Positions 19,321-29,345 are shown, counted from the stretch's first letter. The stretch is 64,000 nucleotides of DNA from an uncultured Nitrososphaerota archaeon (GCA_963838925.1 CAWISW010000002.1:192001-256000), one strand, 5' to 3'. Translations and numbers: made by a program. Notes: a model not told the origin generated them from the sequence alone.

Positions 19321-20382
19321 ATGCGCTTCTGGGTGGACCTCTTGACGCCGAAACAGGTGCTCTTCTTTCGGCCAGTCATCGAGAGCCTGCGGAAGGATGG
19401 GCACGAGGTACTCGCCACGTCGAGGAGGTACAGGGAGGTGGAGCAGCTCGCGTCCATGCTCGGCGTCGAGCTCTCTTTCGTGGGCGCGAGGGGAGGCAAG
19501 GACCCTCTCGGGCAGCTCAAGATGAGCCTCGAGAGGATGGAGCAGCTCCTCCCCATTGCCGTGGGCTTCTCCCCGGACGCCTCAGTCTCGGTCGCCTCAG
19601 CGGACTGCGCCAGGATCTCATTCGGCCTGAGGGTCAAGCACGTCGCGGTGAACGACTCCCCTCACTCCGTCGTCGCAGGGAAGCTCTCGCTCCCTCTCTC
19701 GCACCATGTGATCACCCCGTGGATTATACCGTTCTCAGCCTGGTCGCCTTTCGGCGTCTCCAGGGAACAAGTGAGCCGGTACAAGGCGCTCGACCCCGCC
19801 GCATGGCTCAAGCGGAGGGTTGGAGGCTTACCCCGTAGGAAGGCGAGGAAAGGCGACAAGGCCACCATCCTCGTGAGGCTAGAAGAGTCGTACGCGCCGT
19901 ACCTCGCAGGCAGCGACGAGTCATGGTCGGAAAGGGTGCTCACGAGGCTCGCCCTCGACTTCAAGGGGCACGAGCTCGTCGCACTCTGCAGGTATGAGGA
20001 CCAGCTCGAGAGCGTGAGGAAGAAGTTTGGAGCCTCCTTCAAAGTCCCCCAAGACGCGGTGGACGGGGCAAGCCTGATCGAGCGCTCAGACGTCTTCGTC
20101 GGGATGGGGGGGACGATGACCACGGAATCTGCGCTGCTGGGCGTCCCCGCTGTTTCGGCCTTCCAGGGCGCCGAGCTCTACACAGAGAGGTACCTCCTCT
20201 CAAAGAGGCTGCTCATGAAGGCCAAGAGCCCGACCGAAGTCTCGAGGTGCGTTAGAGCCTCCTTGGACCCCCGCTACAGGGACGGCTATCGCAAGAGGGG
20301 GCGCGCGCTCCTGAACTGGATGGATGACCCCGCAGCAAAGGTGGTCGATTACATATCGACTCTCGTTCGTGCCTCAAGCTAG
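19321..20382 (+). CDS. DUF354 family (GT-B fold) protein
   Basis: MRFW.DLLTPKQ..FF, NDSPH, GMGGTM..E.ALLG.P. Confidence 0.85.
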   Translation: MRFWVDLLTPKQVLFFRPVIESLRKDGHEVLATSRRYREVEQLASMLGVELSFVGARGGKDPLGQLKMSLERMEQLLPIAVGFSPDASVSVASADCARISFGLRVKHVAVNDSPHSVVAGKLSLPLSHHVITPWIIPFSAWSPFGVSREQVSRYKALDPAAWLKRRVGGLPRRKARKGDKATILVRLEESYAPYLAGSDESWSERVLTRLALDFKGHELVALCRYEDQLESVRKKFGASFKVPQDAVDGASLIERSDVFVGMGGTMTTESALLGVPAVSAFQGAELYTERYLLSKRLLMKAKSPTEVSRCVRASLDPRYRDGYRKRGRALLNWMDDPAAKVVDYISTLVRASS

Positions 20383-20484
20383 GCCGTCTTATTGCGGCTC
20401 TATACTTCGCGTTGTGCTCAATATATCTCATCGATAACCAATAAATCAAGAATTCGCGGAATCAGAATTCGAGTGAAAAGAATA

Positions 20485-20787
20485 ATGGAAAACCTTGTAA
20501 TGAGAGGGCATGAAGAGGAAGATGACGGGCTCGACGCAAAGAAGTTTCCGATAATGAGGACGCTCGCGAGGTTCCACGAGTGCGACGCGGAGACCCTCTA
20601 CAGCAGGGTCGACGCCAGCGAGCTCGATGTCCACGACATCCTGGTGGAGATGGTCTCGAAGAACGAGGTCGAGTCGTCGCCGAGGACGCAGTCAGAATCG
20701 CGACGCACCGAAAAATTCACCCTGACTCTGAAAGGCTGGGGCGAGTACATGAAGGTCCTGGGCTCGATCTACGAACTCCCGGAGTAG
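20485..20787 (+). CDS. Small winged-helix-like hypothetical protein
   Basis: Good codon bias; wHTH-like C-terminus F.LT.KG. Confidence 0.55.
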   Translation: MENLVMRGHEEEDDGLDAKKFPIMRTLARFHECDAETLYSRVDASELDVHDILVEMVSKNEVESSPRTQSESRRTEKFTLTLKGWGEYMKVLGSIYELPE

Positions 20788-20983
20788 TCAAGAACCTGCC
20801 TTCCGACCGACCTAGCATTCCTTCCTTTCGCTTTTCATGCCGTTGTTGCTTGAAACGCGAAAGAGTTGCGCTGAGGCGTCCCACATGATTTATATCGCAA
20901 TCTGGTTCGACGGTGAAACATATGCTCTCGCGCGGAGAAGCACGCTCATGAAAGACATCACATTCCCGGGCCTGTGCTAGCGC

Positions 20984-21481
20984 ATGGACCTTTACATCTT
21001 GCGACACGCGGAGGCCGGAAAGAGGCTGCCAGCGCAGGCCAGGGACGTGGAACGGTCGCTCACCGCCGAGGGAAAGGAGGAGCTCGAAGACGTCGCGAGG
21101 GCTCTCTCCAGAATGAAGCTGCGGCCCGACCACATCATCACCAGCCCGCTGAAGCGCTCGCGGGAGTCGGCGAACATAGTCGCGAAGTCCCTGAAGGAGC
21201 GGGACAAGGTCGAGATATGGGACGAGCTAAAGCCTGAGGGGAGCAAGCAGGAGCTCTACAAACGGCTCTCGAAACTGAAGCCAGAGAGCATCGTCCTCTG
21301 CGTAGGCCATGAGCCGTACCTCTCTCAGACGATCAACGAGGTCATGGGCCATCAGGGCCTGCCCAGGATCGTACTCAGGAAATGCGGTCTCGCCCGGCTC
21401 TCGGTAAAGGCCTTCAATCCGAAGATTGAGGGAGAATTAAGATGGTTGTTGACACCAAGGCTCCTGAAGCGGATGTCGTAG
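20984..21481 (+). CDS. sixA: Phosphohistidine phosphatase SixA
   Basis: LYILRHAEA, R.LT.EG, TSPL.R, CVGHEP. Confidence 0.92.
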   Translation: MDLYILRHAEAGKRLPAQARDVERSLTAEGKEELEDVARALSRMKLRPDHIITSPLKRSRESANIVAKSLKERDKVEIWDELKPEGSKQELYKRLSKLKPESIVLCVGHEPYLSQTINEVMGHQGLPRIVLRKCGLARLSVKAFNPKIEGELRWLLTPRLLKRMS

Positions 21482-23034
21482 GCTACGGCCCTGAGGGGCT
21501 CGGTCCCTCCACCGGCTTCACGGCCTCCGTCTTGGACCTCGGGTTCAACTCTGCGAAGCTCGCCACATACCACGTGAACGGCAGGACGAGCTACAGGATA
21601 ATCTCCCAGGAGGACGCCAAGGTCAAGCTTGGGGAGGAGCTGGACGAGACCGGGTTCCTAGCAGTCCCACCCATCGAGAGGACCCTGAGGGTACTCAAGA
21701 TGTTCAGGGAGATAGTAGACTTCGAGTCTCCCCGTCACATCCTACCTGTGGCTACGAGCGCAGTCAGAGAGGCCGCCAACAAGGCAGAGTTCCTCCACCT
21801 TGCCGAGGAGACTTCAAAGTTCAAGTTTCGGGTCCTTTCCGAGCAGGAGGAGGCTCTCCTCTCATACTTCGGCGCCGTCTTGGCGCTCCGCATACCGACG
21901 GGAGTCTTCTTCGACCTAGGCGGAGGGACCCTTGCGATAGTCTATGCCGAGGATTTCAAGGTCAAGAAGGTCCTCTGCCTCCCGTTGGGGGCCCGTCGCC
22001 TCTCCTACCTCTACGGCAACCCCAAGAAGGGCGGCCTCTTCCTCAGGAAGGACTACGAAAGGATGAAGGACCACATAGTCGAGCTCCTTCCCAACAGGAA
22101 GGAACTTCGTCTGGCGAAGAAGACCAAGCTCGTCGGCGTGGGAGGCACGGTCAGGGCGCTGGCGAGCTATCATGCTGACCGGTCGAAGTACCCATTCGAG
22201 AAGCTCCACAACTACGTGATGGACTACGACGAGGTGGCGTGGACGACGTCCCAGTTCTACAGGATGAAGAGGCGCCAGATGAAGTCCCTCCGCTCGATGG
22301 GCCAAGCCAGGGCAGAGACGATGGCAGCCGGCTCGTGCGTCGTGAGACTGCTGATGAAGAACCTCGGAATCTCAGAGCTGGTGTCGAGCACCCACGGGCT
22401 GCGCGAGGGCACCCTCTCGCTCTTCCTGCACGACCATCGCTGGTTCAACGCCCGCAGCTTCGAGCCGTCCACCATAGACCGCCAACTCAGTTCGGCGGGC
22501 AGGGTGTGGAGGACCACTTGGGAACGCCACGTCAGCGAGATCTTCACCGCGCGCATGATCAACGAATACGAGTACTCCCTTCTCCTCGAGTCGCTCCAGA
22601 TCGTGAAGAACGCCCCCCAGGCCGCCGACCTAAAGGCGCGGTTCCACGAGCTCATGGGAGTCGACTCGCCGCTCAGCCATGTAGACCAGCTGAGGATCGC
22701 GATATCGATAATCTTCGCTGGCAGCGGGAGCTACGCGAACGTCCTGGCGGATGAGTTCAGCCCTCCGCTGAGGCGGAAGGACAAGGAGACGATCAAGAGG
22801 CTCTCGGCGGCATACCGACTGCTCGAGCTGCTCGAAATGATGAGAGCCCGACTCTCGATCACCGGCACTGCTACCTCGGGGAGGCCAGTCAAGATGGAGC
22901 TCACCGTCCGCGGGGCCTACGCCGAGGAGCTATTGGCCCGCGCCGTCTCCACGGTCAGAGACGAATTTAAGATGGACATAGACTACTCCGTGATCAAGGA
23001 GCGCAAGCTGGCCCCCTTGGAGTTGCAGAGATGA
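21442..23034 (+). CDS. ppx: Ppx/GppA family exopolyphosphatase
   Basis: DLGFNS, VATSAVREA.N, EEA.L, FDLGGG(T)L, GVGGTVR, GLREG. Confidence 0.9.
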   Translation: MVVDTKAPEADVVGYGPEGLGPSTGFTASVLDLGFNSAKLATYHVNGRTSYRIISQEDAKVKLGEELDETGFLAVPPIERTLRVLKMFREIVDFESPRHILPVATSAVREAANKAEFLHLAEETSKFKFRVLSEQEEALLSYFGAVLALRIPTGVFFDLGGGTLAIVYAEDFKVKKVLCLPLGARRLSYLYGNPKKGGLFLRKDYERMKDHIVELLPNRKELRLAKKTKLVGVGGTVRALASYHADRSKYPFEKLHNYVMDYDEVAWTTSQFYRMKRRQMKSLRSMGQARAETMAAGSCVVRLLMKNLGISELVSSTHGLREGTLSLFLHDHRWFNARSFEPSTIDRQLSSAGRVWRTTWERHVSEIFTARMINEYEYSLLLESLQIVKNAPQAADLKARFHELMGVDSPLSHVDQLRIAISIIFAGSGSYANVLADEFSPPLRRKDKETIKRLSAAYRLLELLEMMRARLSITGTATSGRPVKMELTVRGAYAEELLARAVSTVRDEFKMDIDYSVIKERKLAPLELQR

Positions 23035-23041
23035 TCTCAAC

Positions 23042-23830
23042 ATGATTTCACAGACTAGACGCGCTGTCAACGGCGGGGCGAAGAGCCGCGGGACCGGCGC
23101 GAGCGCTCTGGCCGCGACCACGCGGAGGAGGAGGCGGACCGACGCAGCTTGGGACGCCGCGGCGGGAAGGCTCATCGCAGTCGAAGGGGTCGACGGCTCA
23201 GGGAAGTCGACCCAGCTCCACCTCCTAGAGCAGTGGCTGCGGCACCAGAACCTCAAGGTCTTCAAGACCGAGTGGAATTCGTCCGAGACGGTCAAAGAGA
23301 TCACCTCGCGGGGCAAGAAGAAGGGCCTTCTCACCCCTACCACCTTCAGCCTGCTCCACGCGACGGACTTCGCCGACAGATACGAGCGGAACATCCTCCC
23401 CCTCCTAGAGGCGGGTTACTTCGTCCTCGCGGACAGGTATGTCTTCACAGCCTACGCGAGGGACATCGTCCGAGGCTGCCACCCCGGCTGGGTGAGGAAG
23501 ATCTACAGCTACGCCGCGAAGCCCGACCTCACCTTGTACTTCAGGGTGCCCGTGGACGTGGCCGTCTCGAGGATCCTCGCGGGAAGGCCGAAGCTAAAGT
23601 ACTACGAGGCGGGCATGGACATGAACCTGTCCAACGACCCGTACGAGAGCTACAGGATCTTCCAGGGCAGGATAGTCGAGCAGTACGAGTCCATGGTCGA
23701 AAGCGAGGGGCTCGTCGCCATCGACGCCAACAGGGGAATAGAGGAGCAGCAGGTCGAGGTCAGAGCGCGGGTGACCAAGCTGTTTGGAGAACGAGGGATA
23801 GGTCCCATTGCGACGGGGGCTTCGAGATAG
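23042..23830 (+). CDS. Thymidylate-kinase-like protein (copy 1)
   Basis: P-loop EGVDGSGKST, LADRY, KPDLT.YF. Confidence 0.88.
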   Translation: MISQTRRAVNGGAKSRGTGASALAATTRRRRRTDAAWDAAAGRLIAVEGVDGSGKSTQLHLLEQWLRHQNLKVFKTEWNSSETVKEITSRGKKKGLLTPTTFSLLHATDFADRYERNILPLLEAGYFVLADRYVFTAYARDIVRGCHPGWVRKIYSYAAKPDLTLYFRVPVDVAVSRILAGRPKLKYYEAGMDMNLSNDPYESYRIFQGRIVEQYESMVESEGLVAIDANRGIEEQQVEVRARVTKLFGERGIGPIATGASR

Positions 23831-23831
23831 C

Positions 23832-24635
23832 ATGTCCAACGAAAGTCCCGAGCTGGATGACGACGACCAGGCCGCTGTGCCCAGGCCGTACTCATCCCCC
23901 TCCCTGAAGCCTCGCTCCCCTGTAGGGAGTGAGGCCGGCAAGCGCAAGATGAAGTTCTACGGCCACGGCATGCCGTATCTGAAAGACCTCGAGGTGAAAG
24001 GCCACCTCATCGTCATCGAAGGGCCCGATGCCTCCGGGAGGAGCACTCACACGCAGTCGATACAAGCCAAGCTGGAGGCCGACGGCCACGCCGTCCTTGG
24101 CACCGGACTGAAGCGCTCAGAGCTCATCAGCGAGGGTATCATCGAGGCCAAGGGGAACTTGGGCGTTGGAAAGCGCACCCTCTCGCTCTTCTACGCCGCT
24201 GATTTCGCCGACCAGTTGGAGAACAAGATAATACCCGCGCTCGAGGCGGGATACGTAGTCCTAGCCGACCGTTACATCTACACCTTGATCGCTAGGAACA
24301 ACGTGAGGGGAATCGAGCGGCGCTGGTCGAGGAGCCTCTTTGGGTTCACCCTTGTGCCCGACCTGATCTTCTACCTCGACGTCAAGCCAGAGGAGCTCGT
24401 CCACCGCGTGTTTCAGAAGAACTCCATACTGGACTACTACGAGTCGGGGATGGACATAGGGCTCTCTGACGACATGTACAAGTCCTTCCTCATCTACCAG
24501 GGGAAGATGGCTAAGGAATTCGAGAGGATGAAGAAGCTCTTCGGCCTCCAGTTCATCGACGGGAACCGACCCATCGAGCAGGTCGACGCGGACCTCCAGG
24601 CGCGCATCGACGGATTCCTCAACCGCGCGAGATGA
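23832..24635 (+). CDS. Thymidylate-kinase-like protein (copy 2, P-loop K->R)
   Basis: EGPDASGRST, LADRY, PDLIFYL; paralog of the upstream gene. Confidence 0.85.
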   Translation: MSNESPELDDDDQAAVPRPYSSPSLKPRSPVGSEAGKRKMKFYGHGMPYLKDLEVKGHLIVIEGPDASGRSTHTQSIQAKLEADGHAVLGTGLKRSELISEGIIEAKGNLGVGKRTLSLFYAADFADQLENKIIPALEAGYVVLADRYIYTLIARNNVRGIERRWSRSLFGFTLVPDLIFYLDVKPEELVHRVFQKNSILDYYESGMDIGLSDDMYKSFLIYQGKMAKEFERMKKLFGLQFIDGNRPIEQVDADLQARIDGFLNRAR

Positions 24636-25435
24636 CATCTACGCGAATCGCCCCCCAGCAGCTCGTCAGGACTTTCAACCGAAACGTCGCCACCGTCGAC
24701 GCCCGCCTTGAGGAGTTCCTAAAGTCAGGCGACTCCCCCACCACTGCTGCGCTGAGGAAGTCGACCAGGAGGCTGAGAACCACATATTCCGTGCTCCCGA
24801 AGGAGGTCAGGCGGGACTCGCGGGTGAAGCGCTATGTCTCCGCCGTCAGGAAGCTATCGAAGGCCGTGGGAAAAGTGCGGGACATAGACACGATAGCCGC
24901 GTGGTCGATGCAGCTTCCCGATGGCAAGGACCACCGGTCCTTCATCTCTGACCTTGAGAGGCTGAGGTCGGCAAACCTCCGAATCGCGACCCTAAAGGCC
25001 AAGAAGCTACGGAAGACCAAAGTTCCGTCTCTGGAACTCAGTGATGTCGAGGACTACGACGAGGGCAAGCGCGCCGCCAAGGTCGAGAAGCGCCTTTCGA
25101 GGAGGGTCGACAAGGAGTTCGAGGAGTTCCTCACCACACAGGAGGTCGACGTGATGCACTCGCTGCGCAAGGACTCGAAGAGCCTGCGGCATCTTTTGGA
25201 GCTCACCGAGCGAGGGGAGGCGCCTCCCCTGCTTGCTAGACTGAGGTCGATCCAGGACGACCTCGGGGCCATACGCGACCACGACCTCGTGATCGACTAC
25301 CTTCGCAGCCGCGTGAGGCTGACGAGCACAAGGTCTCTCATCAGGGAGGAGATAGCCAAGAGGCACGCGAGGCTGGAGGACTTTGTGACGAAGAACAGGG
25401 GCCAGGGTCACCTGGTCCCGGTCGCCGCGAAGTAG
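24632..25435 (+). CDS. CHAD domain polyphosphate-binding protein
   Basis: LRK..RRLR, G.VRD.D, H.LRK..K.LR..LE, QD.LG.I.D.D. Confidence 0.88.
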   Translation: MTSTRIAPQQLVRTFNRNVATVDARLEEFLKSGDSPTTAALRKSTRRLRTTYSVLPKEVRRDSRVKRYVSAVRKLSKAVGKVRDIDTIAAWSMQLPDGKDHRSFISDLERLRSANLRIATLKAKKLRKTKVPSLELSDVEDYDEGKRAAKVEKRLSRRVDKEFEEFLTTQEVDVMHSLRKDSKSLRHLLELTERGEAPPLLARLRSIQDDLGAIRDHDLVIDYLRSRVRLTSTRSLIREEIAKRHARLEDFVTKNRGQGHLVPVAAK

Positions 25436-25478
25436 GCTCTTTGATCCCCAATTCTCAGAGGGTCGATTAAGTACTTCC

Positions 25479-26450
25479 ATGGCCTTCCTTGGGGTGGCGT
25501 CACCTTCTCGTCCTCGTTGGCCGCCAACTTCACGAGCCTTGCAAGAAATGTATTGGGATAGGAAACTTTCGCTCCAAAAAATCGGTAACCTGTTCGGGAA
25601 AAGCGGAAGTTCGGTGTACCGAGAAATGAAAAAGCAAGGAATCAGCGTTCGGAGTCTGTCCGAGGCAATGACCAAATTTGAGAAACACCCCTTTTCGAAC
25701 GACGCGCACGAGGAGGCGTATCTTGCAGGCTTGAGTATCGGGGATTTCCATACCGCCTGGCACGGTCTCTCGGTAAGGGCTACGGTTTCCACCACGCACC
25801 CTGCGATGATGGAATTAGTTACAAGCCTGCTCGGCAAGTATAGTCGCGTCGTTGCCGCTCCGAAATATCTCGAAAGATGGAATCAGTTCGAGTGGGAAGT
25901 CTACAGCTACCTGCACAAGTCATTTGACTTTCTGCTTCGACCTTTGGAGATTTCTAACGAGACCTTTCTGAGCTTCTTCGCAGGGTTCTTCGACGCCGAG
26001 GGGACCATCTACATCTTCAAGCAACACAAATCGAGCACAACTGGCTTAAGAATCGAGGTCTCATCATGCAACAAGGAGCTACTTCTGTTAATTTCCGAAA
26101 AGCTTCGGAGCCTCGGTTACCATGTCCACTTGCCAGATAGACCAGTTCGTCGCAGAGGAGAGAACATCGGGTATGGCCCCTACGCCGACGACTTTTGGAG
26201 GTTGTCGGTCTCTAGATCCGATGAAGCCCTGAGAATCCTCAAATCTATCCCTCTGAGACACCGAGAAAAAGTAGCGAAAAAAGAGTTGGCCATTACAAGC
26301 CGAAACATGCCGTGGGTTGAGGTCGCGCCCCAAGTGCTCACGATTCGATTGTCCATCAAGTCTGAAGTTCGCGACTGTGTCAAAGCGGCGGAAAGAACTT
26401 ATCTAAATAAGCACGAAAAATTGCCCGAGGCAATCAGCCCGGTGGTGTAG
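25479..26450 (+). CDS. Free-standing HTH + two-motif LAGLIDADG endonuclease-like protein
   Basis: N-terminal HTH (MYWDRKLSLQKIG...VYREMKKQGI), motifs AYLAGLSIGD and FFAGFFDAEG; visibly lower GC than the flanks. Confidence 0.85.
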   Translation: MAFLGVASPSRPRWPPTSRALQEMYWDRKLSLQKIGNLFGKSGSSVYREMKKQGISVRSLSEAMTKFEKHPFSNDAHEEAYLAGLSIGDFHTAWHGLSVRATVSTTHPAMMELVTSLLGKYSRVVAAPKYLERWNQFEWEVYSYLHKSFDFLLRPLEISNETFLSFFAGFFDAEGTIYIFKQHKSSTTGLRIEVSSCNKELLLLISEKLRSLGYHVHLPDRPVRRRGENIGYGPYADDFWRLSVSRSDEALRILKSIPLRHREKVAKKELAITSRNMPWVEVAPQVLTIRLSIKSEVRDCVKAAERTYLNKHEKLPEAISPVV

Positions 26451-26509
26451 TCGGTCAAGCATACTGGCCTTTGGAGCCGGTGACCCAGGTTCGAATCCTG
26501 GCCGGGCTA
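26436..26509 (+). tRNA. tRNA-Gln (anticodon UUG)
   Basis: Acceptor stem AGCCCGG/CCGGGCT, anticodon arm CTGGC-CTTTGGA-GCCGG, T-loop GGTTCGAATCC; no intron, CCA not encoded. Confidence 0.95.
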
Positions 26510-26589
26510 TCTTTGTTCAGGCGGTAGCTCGCCAGGTATCTCCTTTAACTGGCACTGAGGAAGGTATTCGAGGAGTCTGGTTTCAACTT

Positions 26590-27168
26590 TTGGAAAGTTC
26601 AAACGAGGTGATTCGGGCAATCAAGACCCGCAGAAATGCCGCAAAACTGAGCGCCGAGCAGCCCGTGAGCAGAGAAATGATTGAAACGGTGCTGGAAGCG
26701 GCAACATGGGCGCCAAATCATCACATGACCGAACCCTGGCGTTTTGTCGTCATCTCTGGTGACGAGCGAAAGAGACTGGGGGAAGCGGTGGCAGATGCCC
26801 TATCGTCAATGCCTGCCAACCCTCCGTCATCGACGGAGACGGTAGAACGCGAGAGGATCAGGCCCTTGACCGCGCCCGTGATCATCGCGGCGATATCCAG
26901 CCCACACCCAGAAAAGGGCGCCATCGTTCAGGAAGAGCTCGTCGCAGGCGGCGCAGCCCTTCAGAACATGCTCCTCGCGGCGCACTCCATCGGGTTGGCT
27001 ACCAAACTCAAGACCGGCGCCTTTTCCTATTCGCGGGTCATCCGAAGCTTCCTGAAGATGAAGGATTCAGAGTCGCTCATCACGTTCGTGTATCTGGGAT
27101 TTCCTGAGGGAGAAGCTAGGCCAGGCAGGAGGACGAGCCTCGAAGGCAAGGTCGACTGGCGATCCTAG
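26590..27168 (+). CDS. Nitroreductase family protein
   Basis: I.TRR, AATWAPNHHMTEPWRF, QNMLLAAH..GL. Confidence 0.9.
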   Translation: MESSNEVIRAIKTRRNAAKLSAEQPVSREMIETVLEAATWAPNHHMTEPWRFVVISGDERKRLGEAVADALSSMPANPPSSTETVERERIRPLTAPVIIAAISSPHPEKGAIVQEELVAGGAALQNMLLAAHSIGLATKLKTGAFSYSRVIRSFLKMKDSESLITFVYLGFPEGEARPGRRTSLEGKVDWRS

Positions 27169-27362
27169 CGAGTCCTGGACGGGCCAGCGCTTCCCTGTTT
27201 CTTCACAAGGATCAGCCATCCAGCGTGCCTACCGTGCGGTCGTCCGTCTTGCAAGCAAGCCAGAAACAGCGGCCAGGAACCCGGAACAGCGAGGGGTTTC
27301 AGCCGCCAGTTCGGATAGGCCTGACGACTAGAAACTAAATACTCCGGATTCGGGACGACATC

Positions 27363-27593
27363 ATGGGACTGAAACTGGTCATTCAGGACGACAACGGGAA
27401 GGTGCTCGGGATGGTTGACGCGACGTCTCGAGGCAGAGACAAGCCGTTCAGCTCCGGGTCGGCCGGATACTACGTCAACGGCAAGATATCCCTGCCTTCC
27501 GTTGTGGACGGCGAGTCCAAGACTCACCAAGTGAGTTGCAGCATCGTGGAAATCGGGACTAAAGGCAAGTACCAGGCAAGGAAAGAAGAGTAG
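27363..27593 (+). CDS. Small hypothetical protein (FSSGS.GYY.NGK motif)
   Basis: 76-aa ORF with host-like codon bias and a TATA-like CTAAATA about 25 nt upstream. Confidence 0.65.
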   Translation: MGLKLVIQDDNGKVLGMVDATSRGRDKPFSSGSAGYYVNGKISLPSVVDGESKTHQVSCSIVEIGTKGKYQARKEE

Positions 27594-27606
27594 CTGCCGG
27601 AGGCCG

Positions 27607-28119
27607 CTATTCTTTCCAAGCGTCCGGATAGCGTTCGGGGCGCTGCGCGAAGGCCAGCATGTTGGCAGCGTCGACCCTGATGAACAGGTCGATCCCTCCG
27701 AGGGCGTCCCTGCCGCCCTTGGACGCCTTCTCCCATTCTGGACGCACTTCCTCGAAGCCTGAGCTCCCCTTGCGCAAGGGTACGGCCTTCCCGTGTCCGA
27801 TTATCAAGAGATGGTCCTCGAAGTAGGTCATCCCGACCGCGGGCTTTGTGGCCAGGCGCTTGACCATGAGCGACGCTGTGTTCGCGGCGAGGTAGAACCT
27901 CCCATGAAGGAAAGCTGCGCTCCTTGGGCCCGCCCTCGGCTCACCCTTGGAGTTCACGGTCGCCACCGCCACCAGCCTTACGCCCTGGAAGCCGGACAGC
28001 TGGATGGCTGAGAGCCTGTTGCTAGCGTCGAAAGTCGAGAGGAGGTTCCCTCCGGCCCTGTCGAAGCTAGCGTCGAGCAGCCGCTGAAGCTCAGCGAGCT
28101 CCGCCTCGTTCTCGAACAC
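27607..28119 (-). CDS. Pyridoxamine 5'-phosphate oxidase-like (split-barrel) protein
   Basis: LQRLLD.S...AG, VATV..GEPR. Confidence 0.8.
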   Translation of the reverse strand: MFENEAELAELQRLLDASFDRAGGNLLSTFDASNRLSAIQLSGFQGVRLVAVATVNSKGEPRAGPRSAAFLHGRFYLAANTASLMVKRLATKPAVGMTYFEDHLLIIGHGKAVPLRKGSSGFEEVRPEWEKASKGGRDALGGIDLFIRVDAANMLAFAQRPERYPDAWKE

Positions 28120-28228
28120 GACTTGCGACGCGGCTATGGATTGTATTTATTCCTTCGAACCTGCGAGCTATCTTCGGGCCCGCCTCAAGGCGAATCCGTA
28201 ATATCTCCCCAAGAAGCTCCGCCTGCGC

Positions 28229-28495
28229 ATGGCGACGGGACCCTTACTCACAGCCGTCGTTCCAATCGTGATAGTGGTAGTCGCAGTAGTTTTCGTTGCC
28301 CTGGCGGGGAGGGGCAAGAGTCTGAAGTGCCCCGACTGCGGCACGGTCTTCTCCGCTCCCGCCATGGACACCAAGAGGTCCGGCACGGGCTGGACCCTCC
28401 CCTACATGGGGAACGTGAAGTGCCCGAAGTGCGGCGAAGCACGTTCTCGGAGGGACTACCAGAAGGCGCCGCCTGCTTCGCCAACTTCTACTTGA
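28229..28495 (+). CDS. Small membrane-anchored zinc-ribbon protein
   Basis: N-terminal TM followed by CPDC...CPKC. Confidence 0.7.
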   Translation: MATGPLLTAVVPIVIVVVAVVFVALAGRGKSLKCPDCGTVFSAPAMDTKRSGTGWTLPYMGNVKCPKCGEARSRRDYQKAPPASPTST

Positions 28496-29345
28496 AGAGC
28501 TCCTCGAGCGGGTTCTGCATCTCCTTCACTTCCCTGATCTTCACGCCCCTTCCGGTGAGGTCGCTGATCAGCTGGGGAACGTCTTCCGGGCCTTTCAGCT
28601 CAAAGAGATAGTACTCTCCCTCCTTCTTCCCTGATTCCATCGACGCCTCGGGCGCGACCGTGCGCACGCCGATGGTGTACGTCTGGGTCCTGATCTCGTC
28701 TATCTTCCCAAAGAGCGCGAGCTTCCCTCCCTTGACGGCGATTACGCGGTTCCCGATCTCTCTGGCCTCGAAGAGGTTGTGCGAGGAGTAGAGCACGACC
28801 TTGTCCTTGGCGAGCTGGAGCACGAGCTCCCTGATCTCCCTCGCGACCTTGGGGTCGAGGTTGCTCGTGGGCTCGTCCAGGAGGTAGACGCTCTTCTCTC
28901 GGATGAAGATCCTCGCCACAGAGACCCTCTTCTTCTGCCCCTGGCTGAGCTGGGCGAAGCGCATGCTCGCGAGTTCCTTCAGGTCAAGGAGTTCGATGAC
29001 CCTCCTGACGTCCTCCTCGCTCGCGCCTTCGACGTCCGCATAGAACTTGAGCCCGTCGTGGACGTTCATCCCCTCGGGGATCCCGTCCAGGTGGGTGATG
29101 TAGTCGATCTGCCTCCGCGCCTCTCTGTCCTGGCTCGGGATGCCGTTGATCTCGACCCTCCCGCTGAAGGGCCGGAGAATCCCGGCAAGCGTCCTGAGAA
29201 GGGTCGTCTTGCCCGCACCGTTGGGGCCGAGGACTATGTAGACGCCAGGTTCGGAGACCGTGAACGAAATTCCGTCGAGGACCTTCTTGCCGTAATAGCC
29301 AGACGAGACATTCTCGACGAATATCGCGGATGCCGGAGTGGTCAT
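28488..29345 (-). CDS. ABC transporter ATP-binding protein
   Basis: GPNGAGKTT, LSQGQ, LLDEPT, SSH. Confidence 0.93.
   Translation of the reverse strand: MTTPASAIFVENVSSGYYGKKVLDGISFTVSEPGVYIVLGPNGAGKTTLLRTLAGILRPFSGRVEINGIPSQDREARRQIDYITHLDGIPEGMNVHDGLKFYADVEGASEEDVRRVIELLDLKELASMRFAQLSQGQKKRVSVARIFIREKSVYLLDEPTSNLDPKVAREIRELVLQLAKDKVVLYSSHNLFEAREIGNRVIAVKGGKLALFGKIDEIRTQTYTIGVRTVAPEASMESGKKEGEYYLFELKGPEDVPQLISDLTGRGVKIREVKEMQNPLEELFK

Noticed and set aside
25479-26450. LAGLIDADG as part of a tRNA/rRNA intron or intein
   Set aside because: The tRNA is intact downstream, no 5' exon is seen upstream, and there are no intein splice-junction motifs.
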